Part shown: piece after piece, positions 15,701 to 25,475 of the stretch
Layout of the letters: the number at the start of each line of letters is the position of its first letter
Position numbering within the stretch: the stretch's first letter is position 1
IMG/VR virus record: IMGVR_UViG_3300044724_003299
Location: 1 to 33,261 of that record
DNA from: a virus
Taxonomy: Duplodnaviria; Caudoviricetes
Reading direction: 5' to 3' (one strand)
DNA length: 33,261 nucleotides
Notes under the pieces: generated by a model
Database searches by the model: none
The model's input: only the letters and a program-made list of their open reading frames with translations
What the model was told of the DNA's origin: nothing
Translations under genes and position numbers: made by a program

Positions 15701-17517
15701 TTGTAGCCATTTATAACTCTTTTGTAAATATCTGCTTTAGTTAAAAGATCTTCCATTTTGTCTAAAGCTTTCAACCTTGGGTTAATAGGCCCAGTTGCAG
15801 CGTATAGCATTGCCATTCCAACTTGAGCTTGCCTTGCTAGCTTTTCAGAAGTTTCCACATCCAGCCCAGCATCAATTGCTGCTCTATGTGTATTATTATA
15901 CCCCATACTAGCCCCATACAAAGACTGGGTTACTATATTGTCAATTTTTCTTGGGTCACCTTTTAAGCCAAAACTTTTAGCCTCAGTGTTAATTAATTTT
16001 CCTTTGTTTTTTCCTTCGTTTGCGCGAGCAACGTATTTTTTGTAAGCGGATGCAGATTTAAATCTTTTTCCAAGTTTGCCAGCTTTAGCCATGTACCGTA
16101 AAGAAGTTCCAGCCCTAACGGCCCCTACTCCTTTAGTCCCGGCTAATTGAAAAATAATATTTCCTACAACTTCGCCACTAACTTTAGATCCTCCACGCGC
16201 ATTAAAATCAGACATTTCCACCCCATCTTTATCAATCTTATTTGAAATATCTTCGTATTTTTTACCAGATAATAATGCCGTTACATTTGCTCCATTAGTG
16301 GTGTCATATATATTGCCATCCTTGTCCTTAATATAAGTAATTCCATCAATATCCAACCCTTTACCACTGCCAGTGTAAAAATAGTCTATATTATCTATAG
16401 GATTACTGTTATTCATTTGTATCCTCATGTTTTGAGTTCTTGCCCAGTCATCACCTAAAAAACTTCCAGCCCAAACTACAGCATCTCTTGCTGCTCCTCC
16501 AAACCCAGTTGCAACACCAGAAATTAAATTACCAACACCAGTTGCAAAACCTTTTACATTATTGCTACTTTTAATTTCTTCGTATTTTTTTTGCGCCTTT
16601 TTTAATTCCTTTTGCTTATATAAAGCCAGGTTTTTAAAATTTTCATTTTCATATTTTTCAAGCTCATCCCATTTATATTGGGTAACTCTTTCCAATTTTT
16701 TAGAATTATAAACCTCGGCTATTGCTTCGTCTATATCAAGCCCTTCAAAATCTTTTATATTTTTTTGTATGTAATCTAATGCTCTTTCATTATTAAGATC
16801 ATTATCATTATTTAACATATGGTTTTTTAAAAATTCAGATCTATCTTTTTCCGAAATAGAATCTTCCATCAAATCATCGTATATATTGAGTCTTGATCCG
16901 TAATTACCGGCTAACTCATTTTCTTCATAATAATTTGCAAATGTACTATCTGTCTTCCCCGTTTTTTGGTGCATTGCTCCATTTAATTTTTTAGTATCAA
17001 TGCCAATATTTTCTAAGCCTTCTCCATAAAGCTCTTTAACTTTACTCGCATTCTCTGCGCTATTATAAAACGAAACGTCTCCTTTTTTTCTGTTTTTTTC
17101 AAACTCTATTTTTTCTTCTAATGTAAATTGATAATCTTTCGGGTCTAAATATTTATCATTTTTTTCTATTTGAGCAGCCCGCGTGTTTGCATATTTAGTG
17201 ATGAATTTTTTTTCGTCTTTTCTACTTTGATAAAAATTATATTGATCTTGCCTTGACGGTTTTAACCAATTACCATTTTCATCTTTGGTTGTAGACCCGG
17301 TTAAAATATCATAATCGTTGCCACCTTCACCATGCTCAAAAACGTTTACATCCTCAAAAGGTTGTACAACTTCAGGCTCTTTTGCTTTTGGAGGTTCTAT
17401 TGTAAAACCCTTGCTTTTAGCATATTCATCTACTGAAATACCAGCTTCTTTTGCGTAAGGAGCTATATCAGCGGAAGATACAAAACTGCCATCTGGCAAG
17501 TAGTAACCGTCTTCCAT
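9778..17517 (-). CDS. Giant (2579 aa) probable internal virion/ejection polyvalent protein with a zincin metallopeptidase domain
   Basis: Third of three genes after the tail muzzle; Gly/Ala-rich hydrophobic helices in the N-third; HELLH (res 883-887) with upstream GIIEADGKIYID and downstream DEYFTAF; helical C-terminal region typical of podovirus ejection proteins. Confidence 0.75.
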   Translation of the reverse strand: MEDGYYLPDGSFVSSADIAPYAKEAGISVDEYAKSKGFTIEPPKAKEPEVVQPFEDVNVFEHGEGGNDYDILTGSTTKDENGNWLKPSRQDQYNFYQSRKDEKKFITKYANTRAAQIEKNDKYLDPKDYQFTLEEKIEFEKNRKKGDVSFYNSAENASKVKELYGEGLENIGIDTKKLNGAMHQKTGKTDSTFANYYEENELAGNYGSRLNIYDDLMEDSISEKDRSEFLKNHMLNNDNDLNNERALDYIQKNIKDFEGLDIDEAIAEVYNSKKLERVTQYKWDELEKYENENFKNLALYKQKELKKAQKKYEEIKSSNNVKGFATGVGNLISGVATGFGGAARDAVVWAGSFLGDDWARTQNMRIQMNNSNPIDNIDYFYTGSGKGLDIDGITYIKDKDGNIYDTTNGANVTALLSGKKYEDISNKIDKDGVEMSDFNARGGSKVSGEVVGNIIFQLAGTKGVGAVRAGTSLRYMAKAGKLGKRFKSASAYKKYVARANEGKNKGKLINTEAKSFGLKGDPRKIDNIVTQSLYGASMGYNNTHRAAIDAGLDVETSEKLARQAQVGMAMLYAATGPINPRLKALDKMEDLLTKADIYKRVINGYKKGSYAGAGNAFSSTIKKIIPNRKTALNMFQEGGGEALQENIQQLGENVLVNKEINDSAGVDLLETEFSVDDFVETSILSFAAGALMGGISSTNTGYSKDKVGDLLQISKNIEGTTKRFDTFIKQGKMTKAQSNKIISDAQAVASAVGSNSIPSFIYEADPDAYVKIAALEKKKEEIKNKKKGLVVPDPRLDEQFDKLVIEQNKLAANANEIYTKQQVKNVKKLAGKGAITTFKNAKEAEAKGIDFGKNTDGIIEADGKIYIDLESSSKSMNWTVASHELLHKILKKEFTVDGKPTELQKKIHDNFKKILKKKNLLSIIEARMDQYRKEKIDVDNVNLDEYFTAFSDVLGNNPALLNKLKKDKTFLQELKKFIEDLFGGFLPGTNKEFETAEQLFDFIVDYQADIKKGKLSGQAKAKIRAGEKTETTKKKSLSKTEQAASEKALGNIKLEDINSAKSKNIIGKALIGMTEAQIKNRLSLAPDVLEEMKFDLIARTLKDLDRNPWDGRGALSGYIGQRIKFSLKDIFNDEYKKAPENRLYINQIDNKQLEDFRAQSKIDEGSNNAKPEPKKFKKIKDSRIFSPDVITSIENKLLQTLKVLKSTVDIKTTINKSVKPVIAEIKKDMGKQADIDIKTAVGTMDTNLKENFLKAKKATLENAPTTWLSTAMPFAVQKSVGGVFTDTPIKDGKGNIVAYVFKPEYTSDWQGKEIDRVKTSTDAGGTTAGRDFVRRLPNVNEKVSDEQFMSYLLPDGKKLKAGRKESWSKMMGEEIAFEIFDSELNNVNSKLTKAFLNNQRIRGAVLADNTIQVLKKDIERGNVKKSLSSGMDIQTAGIFVAGTGELNDGLANIDLTQATSRDVAFQVNKVYGMSLSSRLRDEITKKLMAALGPVRKQTTEEFKKGLEAENKSITEFIEDIFEQSDFNESIAVFTGASGSIESMFQGVDKNGVSNVFKAQSVIIKAIEGMDTDVALALLKTTFQNSGKIGKKNYSDKKENFRADLFLAEDILAALQTAGHDIVSYTNTTYTNSKGEVLPRSIKVQGAIIQGHLGSDFDTDESIKNSKAAWDFTTNIIKNLKGSSPEVQAMILASMNSGTNTSLRAGAPVLWRTKTLPHTKTNKYRYEHSLPARVVLALMYKNIILGDSDIDLTALQKDYTVAIIPIEMDKAINNSGFQRAAAVGYIPGVTDPNKRYYSFFTKNKVQFALQSLVDPKIIIGQDYADSYNAGNKITAKAPIKPGRKLSISPPKNLNKELNEMIARQKGVKPEAVYSKVVARKKGANKGKYKFFLPSTAEDFRGLTQYTFAGKGKQGEADQKFFEDNLVKPYLKGISAMESQRQALKNDYRGLLKMFPKIKKKLNKEIEGTGFTNDQAARVYLYNKSGFEVPGISKRDLKKLIAAVENDENLKGFVEGLQNISKKDSWVEPSEFWDVGSVLKDLNELSENVSRKDYLEEFITNVDQIFNEDNLNKVEALYGSRHREALEDIIRRMKSGSNRPGNPDRLTGVWLDWVNNSVGTIMFFNRRSALLQMLSFTNFVNWSDNNPLQAAAAFGNQPAYWKAWAKIFNSDKLKQRRGGLKSDVQEQEIASQAKNAKDKYSAAVSYLLKIGFTPTQIADSMAIATGGATFLINRTNTYVKQGMSKADAEAKAFEDFSAISDETQQSGDPMLISKQQSSHLGRLILAFQNTPMQYTRLMKKAAQDLINGRGDAKTNISKIVYYGFVQNLIFSTLQQALFALLPEFDPDDEDEEKFQKLINTKQERVINSMVDTILRGSGLAGAVVSTLKNTINEYYRQEKKGSFMADHTYTLLQLANVSPPIGSKLRKVYGAIQTKNFDKDVIDARGVALDSPSYEIIGNLLSAGLNIPLDRAIAEIRGLTEALDNRNTAYQRIALALGWRTWDVNAKNEEHELIKTTAKTKRKAEGRIKAAETRKETTRLKKEILRDLSKKDIEAYKKYKRLSTKEKNAFIKKEIEKLKNK

Positions 17518-17526
17518 AATTTAATT

Positions 17527-18681
17527 TTATATATTTACAAATTGAAACTTAGGGCTAACCATAAATTGATTCATTTCGTCAGCATCTTTTATTACAACCC
17601 CAGTTGTATCATAAGCAACTCCATCAAATTTTTGTTCTACATAGCCTTTTTGCTTAGGATCATATTTATACATCATGCCATTAGCCCCTCTAATATTATC
17701 TTTTTCCCCAAACGCAAATCTAGGCAAATTGTCTTTTTTAGTTTGTGCTTTTTGTTGATCGTATTCTTTTTTACCTGTTGTGTGAACATTTTTTAAATGA
17801 CCCACTATATTGTTTGCAACACCATATCGTTCATGCTCATCAAGTAGCTCATCACCAACTTTATAATTTGTGCCATATTTTTCATTAATAGCAGCATATT
17901 CTTCTTTTTCATCAATAACTAAATCTTGATTTCCAAGCAGCCCATCTGTTTTTAAAGATTCTATTGCATCTTTAGTTAAATTTTTCATTAAACTTTGAGT
18001 AGTTGCATCTAATGTGTCTGGCCCTAAAGGTTTGTTTTGATAACCATCTTTAAAAAAATTTTCAGATAATTCAGTAATAGCCTTTTGCTGATCAAAAGCT
18101 TTTAATTTAAAATCATTAGCTTCTTTGTTTGTTAAAATACTACCGTCTGGCAATTTGTAAGCAGTTTGGCCATTTTGTAAGATTAACTCGTAATCTTTTT
18201 CAATATGTATTTTATTTAATTGAGCTCTTCTAACAGGGTCCATCGCTCCTGTTATTTCGTTTTTGTCTATAGCCTCCGCGTAGTCTTCTGAAATTTGAGA
18301 ACGTTGTGTTAAAGATTCGTTAGCTGTAATCGCGGTTTGCTTCAATCTAGCCAACTCTCCTTGTAATCTAATTCTAGTTTCTTGATCTGCACCTTGCATT
18401 TCTTTATGAATATCAGCCATTTGATTCTTAACTCCACTAAAATAATTTAATAATGGTCCTTGATCGTTTTCGCTAACTTTCCCTAAAGCCGGTTGAAAAT
18501 TTAACATTTCTTCTGCTTCTTCTTGTAGTTTTTGATTTGCACTTGCTTTTTGCTGAAGTATTTTTGCAGCGCCACTAAAATCTAAATTAAAAGTTGATTT
18601 TTGATAACCTCCGGATCTGGCTGAAGTATACGCTCCTTTTATTAATGCCGCGTTTATTGATTGTGAATTTTTTGTTGCCAT
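17527..18681 (-). CDS. Putative internal virion/ejection protein
   Basis: 384 aa, helical, Q/E/K-rich; lies between the small pilot-like and giant cargo genes. Confidence 0.55.
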   Translation of the reverse strand: MATKNSQSINAALIKGAYTSARSGGYQKSTFNLDFSGAAKILQQKASANQKLQEEAEEMLNFQPALGKVSENDQGPLLNYFSGVKNQMADIHKEMQGADQETRIRLQGELARLKQTAITANESLTQRSQISEDYAEAIDKNEITGAMDPVRRAQLNKIHIEKDYELILQNGQTAYKLPDGSILTNKEANDFKLKAFDQQKAITELSENFFKDGYQNKPLGPDTLDATTQSLMKNLTKDAIESLKTDGLLGNQDLVIDEKEEYAAINEKYGTNYKVGDELLDEHERYGVANNIVGHLKNVHTTGKKEYDQQKAQTKKDNLPRFAFGEKDNIRGANGMMYKYDPKQKGYVEQKFDGVAYDTTGVVIKDADEMNQFMVSPKFQFVNI

Positions 18682-18692
18682 ATTATATTAGT

Positions 18693-19343
18693 TTATCCGA
18701 CTTGTTTTTTTAGAAAATCTGTACCACCATCGGTACCTACAAAAGCTTCCGCTGCACCACTCGCCATATCGCTAATTCCACCAACTAAATCTGCTTTTGC
18801 GGCTGCTCTCGCCTCATTGGCTGCTGTTAATCTTGATTGAGCCATACCCAATTGCGTACCAACCTTATCAGCTTCCATCTGTCTTGATTTTTCCTCTCCT
18901 TGGGCCATTGCCATTTGTCTTTGATTTTCACCTTGAGCGGCCATAATCTGGTTTTTAGATTCTTGCTGGGCTATACTAGCGGACGCTTGTTGAGTTTGTT
19001 GTGCCTGGCTGTTTGCCATTGATTGCGCTAATGCAGCAATACCGCTACCCCCTGCAGCAGCGGCTAGCCCGCTCATTATATTTGCTGAATTTTGCGAAGT
19101 TTGCTGTGCTGCAAAATCAGCAGCCTGTGTGTTTACTGTTAAGTTTTGGTAAGGGTTGCTTATGTTAGCGTAAGGATTTGAAGTATCTAATTGGTTGTAT
19201 TTTTCTTTCATTTGACCAAGCTCTGCTTTCGCTCTTCTTTGTTCTCTTCTTCTTGCACCACCACCAAATAGTGAACCTACGGCTTTAACCGCTCCGCCTA
19301 CTGCCTTTGCAACTCCTCCTACTGCACCTGATATTGGATCCAT
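18693..19343 (-). CDS. Putative small ejection/pilot protein
   Basis: 216 aa, A/G/Q-rich, with N-terminal GAVGGVAKAVGGAVKAVGSLFGGG; directly after the muzzle, like P22 gp7/T7 gp14-type proteins. Confidence 0.65.
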   Translation of the reverse strand: MDPISGAVGGVAKAVGGAVKAVGSLFGGGARRREQRRAKAELGQMKEKYNQLDTSNPYANISNPYQNLTVNTQAADFAAQQTSQNSANIMSGLAAAAGGSGIAALAQSMANSQAQQTQQASASIAQQESKNQIMAAQGENQRQMAMAQGEEKSRQMEADKVGTQLGMAQSRLTAANEARAAAKADLVGGISDMASGAAEAFVGTDGGTDFLKKQVG

Positions 19344-19377
19344 ATTATATTGTTTTTGTTATAGTTATAATTACATG

Positions 19378-22300
19378 TTAACTACTTATGCTAATTTCAG
19401 AACCTACTGAGTAAAGCTCTTTAGCAGAAGTTTGTTCGTTTTTCATAGTTACGGCAGCATAATACCCTAAAATGCCGGATGTATTAAACTTAGCATTTTT
19501 AACAAAGAACATGTATGCATTACTTTGTGGCACGCCGTTCCCGTTAACAACTGTTACTGTTTTGTTTACCATGTCTATCGCACTTATATTTCCTAAATCT
19601 TGTTTCGCGTTGGAGGCATCAACATAATAAAGCTTATCGTTTACTTGTATTTCTTTATTTAATTCAAAGTTAAAACTAAAAACTCTATTAACGCCTACCA
19701 ATGCTTGAGAAGTTAAATAGCCAATTCCTTGTACATTAAAAGCTTTTGTGTCTATTGTATTTTCATTTTCTTCAACACCTGCTATATAATTAAAGTATTT
19801 GCCCTCTTTTTCAATAAAAACCGGAACTTGCCCGTCTTGTTTATTTGTTATAATAGAATCACAATACCAACCAGAATCGCCTTCGTAATTTAGTGTTCGG
19901 AAATTTTTAACATTAGCGGGAGCTTCGTTTAATAAAAATGTAACTTGTGAATCTGTTTTAGTACCGTAAAAAGTATTAATAGAGCCGTTGTGGTGCTCGT
20001 ATAAATGCCCTTGGTAAAAAGTATAATATTTATTATTCAAACTTAACCCGCCTTCAGGGACAAAACTTTTTCTACTTACCCACCCATTTATGCTTTCTGA
20101 AAATGAAAGTGTTGTGTTTACCGCTGTGGGTAAACTTAAATTATATTGCCCTTTAGTAGAGTCATAAGTTCCATATATTTTGCTGGACTGCACCGAAAGG
20201 TTATCTCTAAAGTAATCTTTCATTCCATAATTTGAAACTTCTGTTATGCCATCTGCTGATAACCTTAATACACAGCCTCTATTTTTGTCTACAAAGTAAG
20301 ATCTATAAGTAAACTCAACAAAACTTTCGGGGTTCTTAGAGATGCCGTATGAGCCAAATGTAGCTGGTATAATAGCTTGCCCAAGCACTCTATTGCTGGC
20401 AATTAATTGAGGATTGCCGTCTGCGTTGAATATGGCGTCTTTATTAGCTAAAATTTTAATAATTTTATCCTCACAAAAAGCTAATAAATCAGTGTCCCTG
20501 CCGTATAACTTTTGTATGCTGCCATATTCAGGATTTAAGTCTTTAGTTATTTTATCTGCTATTATAAACTGATTTAATCTGTTTATAGATGTTTTTCCAT
20601 TATATATTTGAGAATATATTAAACCGTTTTTAACATTTTCCTCTTGATAGTTATCTTCAAACACAGTGGAAACACGAACGCCTTTACCAAGTGCGGGCGA
20701 ATTGTAATCGTCTCTTATTACAAAAGATTCAACCCCGTTTTTAAAACTATAGCAGTTGTGATAATCTAAAGTGTTGGCATTGCCGTAATTAGAAGCATCA
20801 AATATTTCTTGAGTTTCATAATATAGGTCGATGTCCACATCATCTTTAGGCTCCACTTCAAATATTGGTGGATTACCTATATTAATACTTTTACTACCGT
20901 CAAAATCATACACAGTAGCGTATGTGTAACCTCTTCCGCTTGGATCCGTTGCTTCACTTTTAAAAGTTATATCATAATCTAGAGGCTCAGATAGTCTTAT
21001 AAAAAATAATTTAGCCGCTTGACTTCCTTGCCAAGTGCTTTTAAATACTTTTTCTATTTTGTAATATTTTGGATCAAACCATCTGCCTACACTTGAATTT
21101 AAACGATTATATCCGCTAAATCTTATATAATTACCTTCTTTTAAACCTTGAACAAAAGGAATTGTACCATAATTACTAAGGCCGTGTTGCCATTCTTTTT
21201 CTGATTCTAAAGCAAAATGATAACCTTCAGATAATACTGGTTGGGGAGAAAACGTATTGAATGTGTCATTCCACCCGCCTAAAAATGGAGATAATGTCTG
21301 TCCTGAAGCTGTAGAAGAGTCATACCCTGCTTTTCCACCGTATCGTGTGTGTAACTGTCTATGGTGATTTGCTCCTCCTCCATCATCTGTACCATCAAAA
21401 CTAATTGTTCCTATAGCATGCAGATTGTCTGTGTTAGTAGTGTCTACTAGCTCGTTTAATAAATTATTTTGGGCTTGAAGTTTTATAAAAAACTTTCCAT
21501 CAAATTCTGCTTTTCCAGTTTCATCTTTAAAATCAACAGTCTCTATACTAACTCCTGTTTTTATAGACGGATCATATAAGGGATTAGATGCATAATCACT
21601 GTTATCGTAAAGTACCAAAACATCATCACCAAATTCCTCTTCAAAAGTTATTTCCACATCATCGTGTCCTTCCGTTCCAGATTGCACTGTCTCAACAGTA
21701 TAAACCTTTGTTTTAGCGTCGCCCGCGGTAAAGCGTAGCTTTTTACCAGGGATTATTTGATCCATCGCTTGGCTAGAAACTCCAGTCTCATTATTACCAT
21801 AAGTAGCATCGGCATCACCAATTTGAGTATCCCCAATGTTATGCATACTTCTTATAATAATTGTATTGTGATTTGATACAGGTGTCGCACCCGGCTCCAT
21901 AAACCAAGCTCTACCACCTATATACATGTTTGAATTAGCTCGAGTTTGCCCATTGTACAGGTCTTTTTCGGCTTGTGTTGTTGGGGCTAAGTTAAATCCT
22001 GGGCTGTCTAAATCAAATTGTCTACCAAAATGAAAGTACGTAGGAGTATAAACAGGTCTTAAAGGATATGCTAAAAACTTAGGGGCTGTTGTTAATTTAT
22101 CTAATACTTTAAACTTAGTTTCGTCCTCACTTATATTATTTCCTGCTTTTTTCTTTAATAAAAGAATGTCATCTTTTTCAACTTTGTTTATTTCAGATGA
22201 AGGAAATGATATGTAAACCGCTCCTTCGTCGTCTTGATAAAAACTATCAACACATAAATTGTATGTTGTAGAGGAAATTTCTTTAACAAAATATTTATAA

Positions 22301-23898
22301 TTAGTAAAACCGCTTGGCAAACTGCCAGTTAGTTTTATTTCAAATTGAGTATTGTTTTTGGCTTGGCTAAAAGGAACATTCACGATTCCTGATTTATCTG
22401 TAAGAACCGGCGTTTGTCTGCCGTAAGCATCCATATATACTACTCCAATCTGATAAGTTCTATTAGACTTTAAAGATAATAATTGAGCATTACTTGAATT
22501 ATATCTGTTTTTTATTTTAATATTAAAAATAGGGTTTGCGGTTGGTAAATTAAATTGATGCGTGTAATTAGCATATATAATTCTATTAGCAGATATTTCT
22601 TGAGATTTTGCTTTTTTAGGTACACTATCAAATAATCTTAACAATTGATTTGCCTCAACTGTTTTAAATATTTGTTCATTTTTAATTTCAAAAGTCGTGG
22701 GTAACGAACCGCCCTTGAGCGTTTCTACTATGTATACATTTGCACTTACGGAATCTTTGTATAATACATCGATTTCCGTAACATCCGAACTTATATTATG
22801 ATTTAAATTAGCAACAGTAAGGCTCCTTACGTTGTTAGTCATTGCTAAATTATAACCATTTTTTGAATCGTATTCAAAATTATCGCCTAATTTAGTTGGG
22901 TCTGGCAAAAATGCTGCTTTTGAAAATGGCGCAAGACAACTGTATTGCCCGTTTGTGTATTTGTATCTGTATGAAAATAAAGGAAATTTTAGTTCAAACA
23001 AAGGATCGTCCTCCTCTAATAATGCTGTAAATTGCACAGTAGAGCCTGGGACAGTTTCGCTTATTGTTAAAATTTCAGCATTTGAAAAAGTTGTTGCATT
23101 AGAAACGTAATTGTCCGGCAATAGTATCCTTGCTTCAATTTTTATAATATTCCCAGATGCGGCCTCTGTAAAATCATGTTTTAATACGATAATTTCCCCC
23201 GCTGCGTAGTTTGGTGCCGCAGAAAATGCCCCCGATGGTATAAAAAACCCAGAATCTCTGGAGTCTTCGAGAATAGCACCTGAACTTGTTTTAGATAAAT
23301 CTAAATTAATAGTTACAGTGCTGCCTCCAATTGTTCCTGTGCCACCTTTTGTAGAGCTACTCATAATTAAAGTAGGAGCTTGCAAAGGAGATTTTTTAAT
23401 TACTGTAATTCTTTCTTCTGATAAACCTGTTGTTGTTGTATTAAAATCAACAGTTTGAGTTTTCCAATATTCTATATCAATTTGTTTAGGCTCATTTAAA
23501 TCATCAGTAAAGTATAACGTTCCATCTAATATATTAATTCCTGTAACTAATTTTAAACTATTAAAATTTAATATAGCTCCTAGGTCAACAATAACAGGGT
23601 TAACGGTTGCGTTTGCTTGATCATATTCAACTATAATGTCTTTGGTTGCAGAAGTTATTAACCAATATATTTTATTATTTTCCGTGTCGGCCACGCTACC
23701 AATACAGGTTGCCGAGGATAAACTTATAGAGTCTATTACTGTATTACCTAAAATGTTTTTTAACGCCCCCACATCACTACCACTAGAGTAATCAACGTCT
23801 ACGTTTAATGCGTCTCTATATTCACCATTAGGAACTAATCTTTCGTCAAGGTCTTTATTCATTTTACCCTTGATAAAAGCGTTTTTAATTTCAGGCAT
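19378..23898 (-). CDS. Tail muzzle/stabilisation protein (crAss-like muzzle, P22 gp10-like position)
   Basis: N-terminal F..GKMNKDLDERL.P.GEYRDALN, LYFTD..NEP, YRYKY, PKKAKSQE..ANRI.Y.NY, YGSIQKL, YGISKNPESF; beta-rich, 1506 aa. Confidence 0.8.
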   Translation of the reverse strand: MPEIKNAFIKGKMNKDLDERLVPNGEYRDALNVDVDYSSGSDVGALKNILGNTVIDSISLSSATCIGSVADTENNKIYWLITSATKDIIVEYDQANATVNPVIVDLGAILNFNSLKLVTGINILDGTLYFTDDLNEPKQIDIEYWKTQTVDFNTTTTGLSEERITVIKKSPLQAPTLIMSSSTKGGTGTIGGSTVTINLDLSKTSSGAILEDSRDSGFFIPSGAFSAAPNYAAGEIIVLKHDFTEAASGNIIKIEARILLPDNYVSNATTFSNAEILTISETVPGSTVQFTALLEEDDPLFELKFPLFSYRYKYTNGQYSCLAPFSKAAFLPDPTKLGDNFEYDSKNGYNLAMTNNVRSLTVANLNHNISSDVTEIDVLYKDSVSANVYIVETLKGGSLPTTFEIKNEQIFKTVEANQLLRLFDSVPKKAKSQEISANRIIYANYTHQFNLPTANPIFNIKIKNRYNSSNAQLLSLKSNRTYQIGVVYMDAYGRQTPVLTDKSGIVNVPFSQAKNNTQFEIKLTGSLPSGFTNYKYFVKEISSTTYNLCVDSFYQDDEGAVYISFPSSEINKVEKDDILLLKKKAGNNISEDETKFKVLDKLTTAPKFLAYPLRPVYTPTYFHFGRQFDLDSPGFNLAPTTQAEKDLYNGQTRANSNMYIGGRAWFMEPGATPVSNHNTIIIRSMHNIGDTQIGDADATYGNNETGVSSQAMDQIIPGKKLRFTAGDAKTKVYTVETVQSGTEGHDDVEITFEEEFGDDVLVLYDNSDYASNPLYDPSIKTGVSIETVDFKDETGKAEFDGKFFIKLQAQNNLLNELVDTTNTDNLHAIGTISFDGTDDGGGANHHRQLHTRYGGKAGYDSSTASGQTLSPFLGGWNDTFNTFSPQPVLSEGYHFALESEKEWQHGLSNYGTIPFVQGLKEGNYIRFSGYNRLNSSVGRWFDPKYYKIEKVFKSTWQGSQAAKLFFIRLSEPLDYDITFKSEATDPSGRGYTYATVYDFDGSKSINIGNPPIFEVEPKDDVDIDLYYETQEIFDASNYGNANTLDYHNCYSFKNGVESFVIRDDYNSPALGKGVRVSTVFEDNYQEENVKNGLIYSQIYNGKTSINRLNQFIIADKITKDLNPEYGSIQKLYGRDTDLLAFCEDKIIKILANKDAIFNADGNPQLIASNRVLGQAIIPATFGSYGISKNPESFVEFTYRSYFVDKNRGCVLRLSADGITEVSNYGMKDYFRDNLSVQSSKIYGTYDSTKGQYNLSLPTAVNTTLSFSESINGWVSRKSFVPEGGLSLNNKYYTFYQGHLYEHHNGSINTFYGTKTDSQVTFLLNEAPANVKNFRTLNYEGDSGWYCDSIITNKQDGQVPVFIEKEGKYFNYIAGVEENENTIDTKAFNVQGIGYLTSQALVGVNRVFSFNFELNKEIQVNDKLYYVDASNAKQDLGNISAIDMVNKTVTVVNGNGVPQSNAYMFFVKNAKFNTSGILGYYAAVTMKNEQTSAKELYSVGSEISISS

Positions 23899-23901
23899 AT
23901 T

Positions 23902-24768
23902 CTAGTGTTTTATTTGTTTGGACTTGCCCCTTAAAGCTTGTGAGATTTCACTAAGTTTAATATTTGATAATCTAAGTTTTGCTTTTCTAACCGAAGCAAA
24001 TTTATCTTTTCTGTATCTCATTACCAAATACTCGGGTGTGTTTATTCTAGTTTCTAAAATATAATATGCTATACACTTGTACATTGCCTCTTCGGCTAAT
24101 TTGTGTATTTTCATTTCAGCATCAGTGGCTAAGCCATCACTTATGTATTTTAAAGTAACTGTTTTATTTGTTAAATTACCAGAAAAATGAATTCTAGATT
24201 TTATAGGATCAATATAAAAAGAACCATTAGAGTTCATGTGCTCTGGGCTTGACCCATATCTTTTCCCATCAAGCGTTTCTGTTAAATAAAAATCATTAAC
24301 AGCGTCAGATCCTGTGTTTTGTTGTTTAAATTTTTTCCATGTTTCAGACTCATTGGCTTTTAATAAGCTCCCATCTGAATCAAATGTAAAATTATACTGA
24401 TCATCTTGTAAAATAGCTTCAGGATTACTTGTTTGTGAAACGGGAATTAATATGTGCTCCGCCCCATCGGAATCCACCCAGCTTACTTTTACATAGTTAA
24501 CATAATCTTGGGGTAAAGCCATAAGTAAAGTAGGTGGCACATCTATTTCTCTTGACTTTTCTGATTTTAATGTATCATAACTAAGCTCTTGTAATGCTCT
24601 TTGAGCATAAAACGCCACATTAGTTCTTTTAATTTTAGCTATAATTTTATCTTCACCAACATAAGACAACATAAAATTGTTTATAATATCTTTTAGTGTT
24701 ATAAATTGATAGCCTCCGAAATCGCCGCCTTCGTGATATTGTTGTTGTGTTTGATTAAGTAGCCCCAT
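23902..24768 (-). CDS. Tail ring/tubular (head-tail connector) protein
   Basis: LPQDYVNYVKVSW motif; located between the capsid genes and the muzzle. Confidence 0.7.
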   Translation of the reverse strand: MGLLNQTQQQYHEGGDFGGYQFITLKDIINNFMLSYVGEDKIIAKIKRTNVAFYAQRALQELSYDTLKSEKSREIDVPPTLLMALPQDYVNYVKVSWVDSDGAEHILIPVSQTSNPEAILQDDQYNFTFDSDGSLLKANESETWKKFKQQNTGSDAVNDFYLTETLDGKRYGSSPEHMNSNGSFYIDPIKSRIHFSGNLTNKTVTLKYISDGLATDAEMKIHKLAEEAMYKCIAYYILETRINTPEYLVMRYRKDKFASVRKAKLRLSNIKLSEISQALRGKSKQIKH

Positions 24769-24771
24769 TTA

Positions 24772-25464
24772 TTATGATTTTTCTTGTTGAGTGTTTTTTA
24801 CGTCTTCGCCACTAGCAATGCCATATAAAGAATTATCTTTAAGTATTATCCCAGCTAGGGCTAATATTTTAACTATAAGCTCAGTCTCTTCGGAAGGGTG
24901 TAATTCAAAATTAATTGAATTGCTAGCGTCATAAGTTCCTGTTATAGCGTTATATGCCCAAGATACGGCGGCTGGTTGCTTAACGTAATTACAAGTAACT
25001 CCACTTGTTTTTTGCTCTACATTTCCGCTTGCGTCTTTACCGTAAACTTTAACTCCGTTTTCATCTTTAATAAAAATAGGAAAATCATTTGTTGGTTGGT
25101 TAAGAGGCGTGGATTTTATGTATATCCAGTCTTTTTGCTTAACTTGTGATGCTTCAGCATTATTAAATATAATACTGCCTAGCCTATATAGATCGCTAGG
25201 TAAAGTTATTCCGTTAGCTACGGCTTGTGAAGTTTTTTCAAATAAACTTATTTTTTCATCTAATATATCTACCATATCAGAATATTCCGTGCTGTTGCCA
25301 GGAAGTCTACTGAATTGATTCACATCATAAAAATACTGCTCAAATATATCTAATTGAGCTTGATTTGCAAGATAATTAAATTCCTGAGGCGTTATATAGC
25401 CTCGTTGTTCTTTGTTAGTCACAGCTAACACTGCTTGGTATACAGTATTTATGTTTACACTCAT
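24772..25464 (-). CDS. Tail ring/adaptor protein
   Basis: NKEQRGYITPQEFN..ANQAQ, LPSDLY, YVKQP and FELHPSEE motifs typical of crAss-like ring proteins. Confidence 0.7.
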   Translation of the reverse strand: MSVNINTVYQAVLAVTNKEQRGYITPQEFNYLANQAQLDIFEQYFYDVNQFSRLPGNSTEYSDMVDILDEKISLFEKTSQAVANGITLPSDLYRLGSIIFNNAEASQVKQKDWIYIKSTPLNQPTNDFPIFIKDENGVKVYGKDASGNVEQKTSGVTCNYVKQPAAVSWAYNAITGTYDASNSINFELHPSEETELIVKILALAGIILKDNSLYGIASGEDVKNTQQEKS

Positions 25465-25475
25465 TTTATTTTTAT

